Origin: Chrysomallon squamiferum
Lineage: Eukaryota > Animalia > Mollusca
Assembly: GCA_012295275.1 (NCBI GenBank)
Contig: CM022667.1
Location: 15,004,001-15,068,000, forward strand
Direction of reading: 5' to 3'
Length of the DNA stretch: 64,000 nt
Of this stretch, positions 1 to 12,100 are shown one piece after another. Position numbers and translations under genes: made by a program. The notes beneath the pieces are model-generated. The model was not told the DNA's origin and searched no databases. It saw nothing but the letters and a program-made list of their open reading frames with translations. Positions within the stretch are counted from its first letter, which is position 1. Every line of letters begins with the position of its first letter.

Positions 1-811
1 CACTGACCATACAACTCTTCAGTGGTGTCAATAGAACAATACAAAACATGAATGTTTTCAGATTTGATTTATTATTAATGTATGTGTCAGTTTTCATTCA
101 GGAAATAAAATAAAATAAATAAAATAAAATACAATAAAAACATTTTCTTTTCAAAAAACAAATAAATAAATAAAAAATCCTCTGTATCCAAAAATGAAAG
201 TTATAATTAGAAATCTTTGTTACGTTTGTGTGTGTGTGTTAATTATACAAGTATCTATTTATAGTGACAATTTATAACTTCATGGTGACTATGTGTCTGA
301 TTAAGTATCGTCGTGGTACAACTGAAATTTATGGTGTAATTATCTTATTTGTATCACACTTGCACAGAACTTCCATTACTTTATCATCTTTACTGGATAC
401 ATGTAACTATACCCAATTCATGTACTTATAGAATGCAGAGAGAGGTAACTACGACTTACAGTAACAACAAATTGTAAGGGAAATAATTCAAAAAGAATAA
501 TTAAAATAGGTGAATTATCGTTAACAACTTCTTAACTGTCTGTAATAAAAGTTAAGCTCCACTAAATTTCTGTAAACAGTATTGAGAACTGTTTTATAAT
601 AAAGAGTAGCGTTCATTCTTTGTAACTCATCATTCTAATCTTTCATGATTCCTGTGTGAAAAGTGTGACAAGATATTCCACATTAAACCGTTACTAAAAT
701 AAAAATAATTTCAAAAACAAAAGAATAATGAAGAAAAAACGCAACCAAGAACAGAATCAACTAATAAACACAATTGTAATAAGGAGTAGCCACGAACAGA
801 AACCAGATTAA

Positions 812-852
<41 letters not shown>

Positions 853-1067
853 CGATTCTGTCAAATAAAATAATATAATTAAATTTTATACTGTGAAATA
901 AATAAATAATCAACAGTGACTATATATATATAGTATAAGTTTCCTTGACCTGCAGAAGAAACGTAAGTAAATAAACAGTCAACAGTCACTATGAAAAAAC
1001 TTTTCCATACCTGCTGTAGAAGCACAAGAAAAAATTATAACTTGTCGACTAATGAAGTGACGCAAAT

Positions 1068-1382
1068 AGTGGTATTTAATACCTCAAAAACGCATGTATC
1101 ATTTTCTTATTTTAAATACTATATTTGTAAGCATGTATTTTGCATTCCACTGCGCATGTGCCCGTTGCTGGGTAATTCGAGGATGCAAATCGCGGGACGT
1201 CGTCAAAATAGCCCTACTTGGAAACTGGGGGGGTTGGGAGTTGGTGGTAAAAGCAATCATACAGAACTGGGGGGGGCCATTAATTGTTCCAGTGGCAGAA
1301 GTGCGGGAAATTCGTTATCTTTCCATCTCTGCATATCAGAGACGTTTGTGGGCAATCACTTCACACAGAAATGAAAATAATC

Positions 1383-1455
<73 letters not shown>

Positions 1456-2700
1456 TGTTACTGCAGTCAATCTGTACAAATGTTACCTTCGAGTATATTG
1501 TTCAGTCCCTGTGCCACATAATCCTCTAAGGCAAAGCAGTTACTTGGTTACATGTTTCACCTTGCCTGAAAACAATTGTACATTCAGTTGTGATACATGT
1601 GTGTTGACATATATTATTTACAGCAACTATGTATTCATTTAATTGCTAAAAAATTTAAAATTAGTGCATTTATGTTTTAATATCACAAAAACCACCTAAT
1701 TATTTGTGTACGAAATTAATAACACGGTTCAGATAACTACACAGAACAACCGTTTCAAAATAAACGTTTTTTTTATAGGTTTTTGACTTTTATACTTGTG
1801 CGTGTTTGTACTAATTACACCTAACAGTAACCGTAATTTGACAACTAACCTATAAGGAAATAAGTAGCTACCATTTCCTTCATAAATAAAATATTTAATT
1901 AATCATGTTCAGTGTTGATTATGGTGTGTGGCCATGTTGTCAGTGTTCAGTCAGAGATGTGTCTATAACAAATACTCTGGCTGTAAATGGTATCACTGCA
2001 AAGACTTGCCGAACAAACAAGTTTGTAGTCCGTCTGTGGGGTATGGGCACCTGCTAACCCTTGATCTGAACCTGAATTGATTTAAAAGCTGGCTTTTCAA
2101 TTACAGTGGAATGTCGGATTACGAACGCCTCGAAGCACGAATAAATGACATTACGGATCTTGGGTAAATTTTGTCTCCGCTTACTACTAATAAGCCGAGT
2201 TACGGACTATAGCGAAGCGTCACGACACGACGACATTTCTTTTTCCGTCGGAAAAGATAAGCATAGATGCTAACTTCAAAACCGAGGTGAAAGTAAGGAT
2301 TATAAGCATGACCTATAGCAAATATATATCATGAATTAGGGCCTGTAATCTTCAATACGCATTTGCAGCTCAATAGCTTTTGCATTGAGAGGTTCCACTG
2401 TATACTGCGTGTGTGTACATAAGCATATAGTCTCCCATTTTTGTAGGTGGTGGATTGCAGGCTTGATCAAAGCATTTATGTATGTTAATATTATGCTTAT
2501 GTATATACAGAAAAAAGTTATATATACATGTATGTATGCATACATACATACATACATACATATATATATATAAATAAATAATCACACAGACACACATATA
2601 TATATTTATACATATATCTTATGATGAGACGAACGTATACACCTTGATTGTGACTTTGGGGGGTTTGTCAGTATTCATGTATGCATGTGTTTCCAGTAAA
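1068..2700 (-). mobile_element. Paralogous, truncated copy of the ISL2EU-like element (5' flank of a probable third gene copy)
   Basis: Colinear with 31636-33570, includes SWIM exon 2 (1565-1487), and has the same caaAT insertion context at 1063-1067. Confidence 0.7.
2104..2400 (+). mobile_element. Shorter paralogue of the Tigger/pogo remnant
   Basis: TA|CAGTGGAA…TTCCACTG|TA; lacks ~255 bp present in the 32658-33209 copy. Confidence 0.75.
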
Positions 2701-3497
2701 CATGTGTTTTAACTGTATGTTTGTTTATTTATTTAGTAAGTTCTGCAGACGGAAATGTGTTTTAATTGTATATTTTATTTTTTATTTACTAAATTCTACA
2801 GTGAGAGAAATGTGTTTTAATTGTATGTTTGTGAATTTATTTAATAAGTTCTACAGTGAGAGAAATGTGTTTTAATTATATGTTTGTTTATTTAATAAGT
2901 TGTACAGAGAGAAATGTGTTTTAATTATATGTTTATTTATTTATTTAGTAAGTTTTACAGTAAGAGAAATTAGTTTTGATTATATGTTTATTTAGTAAGC
3001 TCGACACAGAGAGAAATGTGTTTTACTTATGTTTGTTTATTTAGTAAGTTATACAGTGAGAAATGTGTTTTAATTATATGTTTATTTATTTAATAAGTTC
3101 TACAGTGAGTAAAACGTGTTTTAATTTTATATTTTTATTGATTTACTTATTTACAGTAAGAGAAATGTGTTTTAATTATATGTTTGTTTATTTATTTAAT
3201 AAGTTCTACAGTGAGTAAAACGTGTTTTAATTTTATTTTTTTATTTACTTACTTATTTACAGTAAGAGAAATGTGTTTTAATTATATGTTTATTTATTTA
3301 TTTAGTAAGATTTACAGTAAAGGTAATTAGTTTTAATTATATGTTTATTTATTTAGTAACTTTTACAGTAAGAGAAATTAGTTTTAATTATATGTTTATT
3401 TATTTATTTAGTAAGATTTACAGTAAGAGTAATTAGTTTTTATTATAGGTTTGTTTATTTATTTAGTAAGTTCTACAGTGAGAAAAATGTGTTTTAA
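2700..3497. repeat. AT-rich minisatellite (~50-57-bp unit)
   Basis: About 15 copies of agaaatgtgttttaattatatgtttatttatttagtaagttctacagtgag-like units. Confidence 0.9.
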
Positions 3498-3691
3498 GAA
3501 TGTGACTATGAATCAAGAGACGGGTGATATTACTCTCACCTGGCTACCCGTCCAGGTATGCCAGGTAAAAACATATATTACCTGTACATTTTGGTTATTA
3601 CATTTATAATCACGTTATAACTTTACATAAGAAAGAATCTGTTTACTATTATGTTTATAATGTTTTTGTTGTTTTCTTTCTTTTTGGTATG

Positions 3692-3747
<56 letters not shown>

Positions 3748-3844
3748 TATATATACTTTGTTATTAATCAAAATCAATTGGTTATATACGACAGTCATCT
3801 AATTGATATTGTGTATACTGTAGTGCAGTGTGTGTTTGTGTGTA

Positions 3845-3876
<32 letters not shown>

Positions 3877-4631
3877 CGCGCGCACTCACGCCTTTGTGTC
3901 GATCTAGCTAAAGCCGTTACTTCGTAAAGCATTTGTATTTCCGGTTTCTGACATTTAAAGGTAATTCTCAATTAAAATTTCTTTTATTTATTTAAATATT
4001 CAATTTAGGAAAGATTTTGACTTTTTTTTTTTCAGATGAAACCGTACAGAAAACACAAACTGAGTGTAAAACAGCAATGATTTCCTTATTTATTAAGCAT
4101 TTTAACCATGTTGAATACATGAAACTAAATCAGGAAATGTTAGTTTATAATAACAAGTGAAGTACTGCTACAAATACTAATCAATAGCAATAATATTAGT
4201 GTAAATATCTATTTAATCAGAATATTAGTGTAAATATCGATTTAATCAGGATACAAGTGGATCTTATCTTGAAAATCTGATTGTAGATAAAACACATTAA
4301 CAGTGGTAACTATTTAGATGTTTCTTTACTTATTTATTAGTTTTAGTTACTTTATTATTTACGATTCTTTACAGACAGTCATTAAAATTCTACAGCAATT
4401 ATTTTATTGTTTTACAACACGGATACATATAAAATATTAGAGCATATAATTTATTCCTTGTTACTATTACAAGAACGACTCTCCAAGAATTAAAACATTG
4501 TAATATTAATAACGGTTAAATATATTTCTCATTTAGTATTCCAAATATTAAAAGTAGCGTTAAGGTGTTAAATTATAATTTTTTAAAATATTATTTTGAA
4601 ACATTTAATTAAATAAACTTATAGCAATCAA

Positions 4632-5282
4632 GGGATACCCATTTCTTACACATCCATTTGTTACACACCTTATAACAAAACTGGTCATAGGCGAATGAAC
4701 AGTTAATCAGATGCCCTGGATCCAGTATACAATAATGGACTCATCTTCCCAGTTGTTACACAATCAGCTTAGGAAATAATTAAGTATTTGAACCATAGAG
4801 CAATTAAGAGGGAGTCAAAATATAAAACAACAACGTTTAAACAAACCAATTTAAAGCGGCTTAATTACTGGTGATATGGGAACGTTAGTTGATTTCCCGG
4901 ATAGCTAATCCCAACAAAAACAAGAGCTAAAGAAAACCACACTAACCCCACTATCACGTATCGAAACATAACAAGTATTTTGTTGATCTGTTCCCCGTTT
5001 TGAAAGTGAAAATAAAATCATCTTGTGACAGCCGTAGAGAAAATTTGATATGGCATTTTATCATAACACAATCTCATAGAAAGCCACTGAAAAGTCAAAT
5101 TATATGTACAAAGAATATAAAATATATAACACATGTGTAGAAATTAATATTAGAAAATATGTACCAAGTAGATAAATATACATATCAAATTCATAAGTAA
5201 AGTAAATATACAGCTACTAGCTACAAGAAAAAAATAGGATTTTTGTTTTTCTTTACTCGGAGATATTTTCCTAAGTTTCACC

Positions 5283-5324
<42 letters not shown>

Positions 5325-5546
5325 GATGATGTTGTTGTTGTTGTTGTTGTCGTCGTTTCTCACGATTTTTTAATTCTTAATTTATTGTTTTAATTATCAT
5401 GGCATTGGGTAATTGAATAAAATGAAAAACACTTGGTCACCGGAGTCTTTAAGCTAATATTATATGAACTGGCTTAATTAGTCTTTCGTCTGTAACAACT
5501 GGCTGTGTAACAAATGGGACATGTAACAAATGTGAGACAAATACCA
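4632..5546. mobile_element. Possible non-autonomous DNA transposon with imperfect inverted ends
   Basis: Left catttcttacacatccatttgttacaca versus right tgtgtaacaaatgggacatgtaacaaatg (inverted). The left part recurs at ~35280-35770. Confidence 0.35.
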
Positions 5547-5717
5547 TTTAAAGATACAATTAATTATAAAACAGTAAGTTGAAGCTTGATCTAAAGTTAA
5601 ATGATACACAAAATAAATGTAGCATGCAAATTAAATAAGAAAAAATATATTAAAATATATACATGTATGTACATTATACGTTCATTCTGCATATTCTAAT
5701 GATTAAGCAGATAAAAC

Positions 5718-5778
<61 letters not shown>

Positions 5779-6094
5779 TTAATAGTAATAATAATATATC
5801 ATCATATATCCAAAAAATCTTTCTTTTCTTATTCATTATATGACGATAAAATAAATGTATAGAAAACATTAACTGTAAATAATAGCCAAAGAAATATATA
5901 TATATAGATTATATATCAGTGTATTAAAAAATATACTTAAACTGGCACATTTCTTACGTTGTTTATGTAAAAGTGATATAACCAGCAATGTGTATCACAT
6001 TACACAATATTTTTTATCCCTGTTTTGTATAATTCTAAAACAGGAGGTAATTAAAATTAAACACTAATAAAACGTTTTTCATTCATTATTGCTC

Positions 6095-6144
<50 letters not shown>

Positions 6145-6457
6145 CATTCTAAAAGATTAAAAAATCAATAACAAATGCATAAAATAATTTCAGCAAGGAA
6201 ACAATCATCAAGATAGACCAAAATACACAATATTTATACAATACAGTTATTCATTAGTCAAAATAATTTTAAATAATAATACTAATAATGAGAAAAGAAT
6301 AGTTAAAAAAACACGAAAAAATGAAAACATTAATAATGGAATAAAAAAATTCTAAATGTTCTCCTCTGTACAATATCCTGTAATATTTAATACTAAAAAA
6401 AGGACAATTTATCAACAAAATGATTTATGTAAGGAAGGAAACATCAAGACAAAATAA

Positions 6458-6549
<92 letters not shown>

Positions 6550-6641
6550 TAAATAAATAAATAAATAAAAATAAAATAAAAGATAAAAATAACGTTTACA
6601 CAAAACAATCATTCACTGTCACGTACAGTCAAAAATAATTT

Positions 6642-6680
<39 letters not shown>

Positions 6681-7789
6681 GTCATAAAAGAGTAATTTGA
6701 TGCAAGTTATATACAAATAAAATAAAGGTAGTATTAAAGATTTATCATATAAATTAAAGCAGTTTGACTTCAAACTCATAGTTCAATGTCAAACAGATAA
6801 ATGTCAGCTTTATTAACTGAAAATATTTCAACTTTAAACTTATATTTATTTTATTAATTATTCAATATTTTATAATTTTTAAAGTTATATGTAAACATAA
6901 TTATCTAAACATATTTCTAATTAAATTTAAATTTATTTTATTAATTATTCACTATTTTATAATTTTTAAATTGATATTATATTATTAACTAAAAATATTC
7001 CTAATTTAAACTAAAATAAGTGTATGAAAATATTAACTCTGTACATTACTTTGCACTGTTTTCTAACTATTAAGTACATCAATGTAGATAAAATCTATCG
7101 AAAATGAAAACTTACATTTCCTTTATTAATTTTGTTACTCTCTATTTTCTAATGGTAATATATATAATGGTAATTATAAACCTAGTAAAACATTCAGTTC
7201 CAGAGAACTGTTTTACAAAAAAGGTCTATGTACATGCATACATTTTCTAAAAAATGTACGTTTGACTTTCAAATACAAATTTGTTCATTAAAAACATGAG
7301 AAAACAAACATTTGAAATAATAAAAATCCTTTAAATTTAATATTAATATAGTAGTTTCCTTAGTATAAACATTTAAAAGATTCAGTAATACAGAACTATT
7401 TTCTAAAATAAAAAATCTATATATTAATTTTGCAAGTAACACTAAAACACAAATTAATTATAACATCCTGTATAACAGGTATTTTTATACATGAACATTC
7501 TAATAGCAACACCAGTAATAATCAAGTCATCATGAATAATAAAACAAATCTGATCTGTAAAACTGCCTGACTTTTCACTGACTGAATAACCTGATCAAAA
7601 TTAACATCAGTATTAATATTGGGAATCGTAACATATTTTAACATCTTTTTAAACCGAACAGTGCAATAAATCCCCCAAAGTGTTTCAGTGAAAGGTAAAA
7701 CTCCAATGAAAATTTCATAAAGATAAAGAGCATTATAATATTTCTTGTTATACACAATACTACAAAATATTTGAACAGAAACAAAAGAC

Positions 7790-8515
7790 TATACAAAAGT
7801 AATACAATATTTGTATAGACACACACAAATATATAATATAGCAATATTTGTACTGATACAATAGACTATACAATATGGCATAAAACAAAAACTACACCAC
7901 TTATCAATACAATATTTGAATAGATACAATAGACTATACAATATGGTATAAAACAAAAACTGCACCACTTATCAATACAATATTTGAATAGATACAATAG
8001 ACTATACAATATGCTTATACAACATTTGTATAGAAACAAAAACTACACCACATATTAATGCAATATCTGAATAGATGAAATAGACTATACAATATGTAAA
8101 TACAATATCTAAATAGATACAATAGACTATACAATATTTATATGGAAAAGAAACTTACGCCATACATTAATCCAATACTTGAATAAATACACTAGACTAT
8201 ACAATATGCTAATACAGTATTTGTATAGAAACAAAAACTACACCATACATTAATACAATATTTGAGTAGATAAAATAGACTATACAAAATGCTAATACAA
8301 TATTTATATAGAAAGAAAAACTACACACCACACATTAATACAATATTTGAATAGATACAATAGACTATGCAACATGGAAATACCGTATATGTATAGACAC
8401 AAAAATTACACCATATTTTAATACAATACTTGAATAGATACAATAGACTATACAATATTTTACAGAAACAAAAACTACATAGACTGTTCCATACATTAAT
8501 ACAATATTTGAATAG
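7790..8515. repeat. Degenerate minisatellite downstream of copy A (paralogue at ~37600-38080)
   Basis: Repeated aatacaatatttgaatagatacaatagactatac / acaaaaactacacc units. Confidence 0.85.
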
Positions 8516-8883
8516 AACAAGCATTAGTACACAGTAAAGTAATGTTTATAGTGATCCAATATATATATATATATATATATTTTTTAAATTTAAAAGTTAT
8601 CAAATGTTCATATTATTTAACACAGAATTAAATATTCTCATACAACATTACATTGAAAATATGTACAAATGAAGCAGTTTAAAATGGAAACACGTCAGAA
8701 GTCGATGTGTTTCAGGATGAAGTATAAAATTAAGATCAACTTTGTAATACAGAAATAATTTTATAAAATTTCATACAAAAATATTATTTCTACACAATTG
8801 TACAATGTTCTGACAAGGTAATCTTCGACATAAAAGTGACAGTCTGTCTACATTGAAAAGTTCAGGGGTTTTTATATCAAAAT

Positions 8884-9166
8884 TTATCTATTCATTGCTG
8901 TAACCATTTCTATATTTCCACACTCAACTGCTACCTGCAAAACAGATTTCTCATCATTGTTAGAAAAATTAGGATCAGCTCCATGTTCCAGTAAATAAAA
9001 CAATACTTGACATTTTTCATCACTCACATATAGAACAAGTTTATCATCATAATTAACAGCAGTGAAAAGAGCAGTTTCACCTCTACTGTTTTTTACATTT
9101 ACATCAAAACCCTTTTCAGTCAGTGCTGTCACAATTTCTAGATTTCCTTGTTTAGTTGCTAGGTGT
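8884..9166 (-). CDS. Copy A terminal ankyrin repeats after a 1-nt deletion
   Basis: gtgtAAAc at 9167-9169 versus gtgtAAAAc in sister repeats. The shifted frame reads LHLATKQGNLEIVTALTEKG…VTAMNR*. Confidence 0.8.
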
Positions 9167-12100
9167 AAACAGAATTGTTAGCACTGTCTATTAAATTAGG
9201 ATCAGCTCCATGTTCCAGTAAATATAAAACTACTTTGTTCATACGAGAATGCACATTTGGGTGCTTGTAAAAATTACATTCGTAGTTATTCAGAGCTGTA
9301 AAAAGAGGAGTTTCACCTCTACTGTTTTTTACATTTACATCAAAACCCTTTTCAGTCAGTGCTGTCACAATGTCTAGATTCCCATATTTAGCTGCTACGT
9401 GTAAAACAGAATTGTTATCATTGTCTGTTAAACAGGGATGAGCTCCTTGTTCCAGTAAGTAAAAAACTATTTGACATTTTTCATCATTCAGAGATGGATC
9501 AAGTTCATGAGTATCATAATTAACTGCTTTAAAAAGAGGAGTTTCACCTTGAGAATTAATAAAATTTACATCAACACCTTTTTCAATTAGTGCTGTAACC
9601 ACTTCTATACTTCCATATTCAGCTGCTAGGTGTAACACAGAATTGTCATCATTGTCTGTTAAATTAGGATCAGCTCCATGATCCAGTAAGTAAGAAACTA
9701 CTTTGTTATTATCAAAGTGCACACCTCGATGTTTATAAAAATGATCTTCATTGGTTTCCAGAGCTGTACAAAGAGGAGTTTCACCTCGATTGTTTTTAAT
9801 ATTTACATCCAGTCCTTTTTCCACCAGTGCTGTCACAATTTCCAAATTTCCATGTTTAGCTGCTAAGTGTAAAACAGAATTGTTATTATTGTTTGTTAAA
9901 TTAGGATCACCTCCAAGTTCCAGTAAATACAAAACTACTTGACATTTCTCATCATTGAGACATGAATCAAGGTCATCTTGATCATAATTAGCAGCTGTAA
10001 AAAGAGGAGTTTCACCTTTATTGTTTTTGATATTTATATCAACACCTTTTTCAATCAGTTCTATCACAATGTCTAGACTTCCATGTTTAGCTGCCAAGTG
10101 TAAAACAGAATTGTCATTATTGTCTGTTAAATTAGGATCAGCTCCATGATCCAGTAAGTAAGAAACTACTTTGTTATTATCAAAGTACAGACCTCGATGT
10201 TTATAAAAATTATCTTCGTTGATTTCCAGAGCTGAACAAAGAGGAGTTTCACCTCGATTGTTTTTAATATTTACATCCAGTCCTTTTTCCACCAGTGCTG
10301 TCACAATTTCCAAGTTTCCATGTTTAGCTGCTAAGTGTAAAACAGAATTGTTATTATTGTCTGTTAAATTAGGATCACCTCCAAGTTCCAGTAAATAAAA
10401 AACTACTTGACATTTCTCATCATTGAGACATGGATCAAGGTCATCTTGATCATAATTAACAGCTATAAACAGAGGAGTTTCACCTTTATTGTTTTTGATA
10501 TTTACATCCACACCTTTTTCAGTCAGTGCTATCACACGTTGTATATGCCCATGTTTAGCTGCTAAATGTAAAGCAGAATTGTTATGTTTGTCTGTTGAAT
10601 TAGGATCAACTCCATGTTGCAGTAAATACAAAATTACTTCACATTTTTTATCATTGACAGATGGATCAAGTTCATGTGTATCATAATTAACAGCTTTAAA
10701 AAGAGGAGTTTCACCACGAAAATTAATAAAATTTACATCAACACCTTTTTCAATCAGTGCTGTAACCATTTCAATACTTCCACATTCAGCTGCTAGGTGT
10801 AAAACAGAATTGTCTTCATTGTCAGTTAAATTAGGATCAGCTCCATGTTCCAGTAAGTAAAAAACTACCTTGTTATTATGGTAGCACATATTTGGGTGTT
10901 TGTATAAATGATAGTTGTAGTAATCCAGAGCCGTAAAAAGAGAAGTTTCTCCTTTGTTGTTTTTACTATTTACATCAACACCCTTTTCAGTCAGTGTTGT
11001 CACAATTTCTAGATTTCCTTGTCTAGCTGCTAAGTGTAAAGCAGAATTCTTATCATTGTCTGTCAAATTAGGATCAGTTCCTTGTTCCAGTAAGTAAGAA
11101 ACTACTTTGTTGTTATGAAAGTACACACCTGGATGTTTGTAAAAATGATCTACGTTGGTTTCCAGAGCTGTAAAAAGAGGACTTTCACCTTTATTGTTTC
11201 TAATATTTACATCAGCACCCTTTTCAGTCAGAGCTGTCACAATTTCTGTATTTCCGTGTTCAGCTGCTTTGTGTAAAACAGAATTGCTATAATTGGTTGT
11301 TAAATTAGGATCAGCTCCATGTTCCAGTAAATAAAAAACTACTTGACATTTTTCATCTTTGAGAGATGGATCAAGCTTATCTTGTTCATAGTTAACAGCT
11401 GCAAAAAGAGGAGTTTCACCTTTATTGTTTTTAACATTTACATCCACACCTTTTTCCACCAGTGCTGTCACAATTTCCAAGTTTCCATGTTTAGCTGCTA
11501 AGTGTAAAACAGAATTGTTATTATTGTCTGTTAAATTAGGATCACCTCCAAGTTCCAGTAAATAAAAAACTACTTGACATTTCTCATCATTGAGACATGG
11601 ATCAAGGTCATCTTGATCATAATTAACAGCTATAAACAGAGGAGTTTCACCTTTATTGTTTTTGATATTTACATCCACACCTTTTTCAGTCAGTGCTATC
11701 ACACGTTGTATATGCCCATGTTTAGCTGCTAAATGTAAAGCAGAATTGTTATGTTTGTCTGTTGAATTAGGATCAACTCCATGTTGCAGTAAATACAAAA
11801 TTACTTCACATTTTTTATCATTGACAGATGGATCAAGTTCATGTGTATCATAATTAACAGCTTTAAAAAGAGGAGTTTCACCACGAAAATTAATAAAATT
11901 TACATCAACACCTTTTTCAATCAGTGCTGTAACCATTTCAATACTTCCACATTCAGCTGCTAGGTGTAAAACAGAATTGTCTTCATTGTCAGTTAAATTA
12001 GGATCAGCTCCATGTTCCAGTAAGTAAAAAACTACCTTGTTATTATGGTAGCACATATTTGGGTGTTTGTATAAATGATAGTTGTAGTAATCCAGAGCCG

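Noticed and set aside
991-1642. Plus-strand ORFs of 127, 182 and 81 aa (paralogues at 31722-32124)
   Set aside because: They run through (AAT)n tracts and transposon subterminal DNA and are not conserved in frame between copies. The real coding signal is the minus-strand SWIM exon.
1953-2041. Exon-like plus-strand stretch (paralogue ~32508-32595)
   Set aside because: No recognisable peptide in any frame, and its conservation is explained by the segmental duplication.
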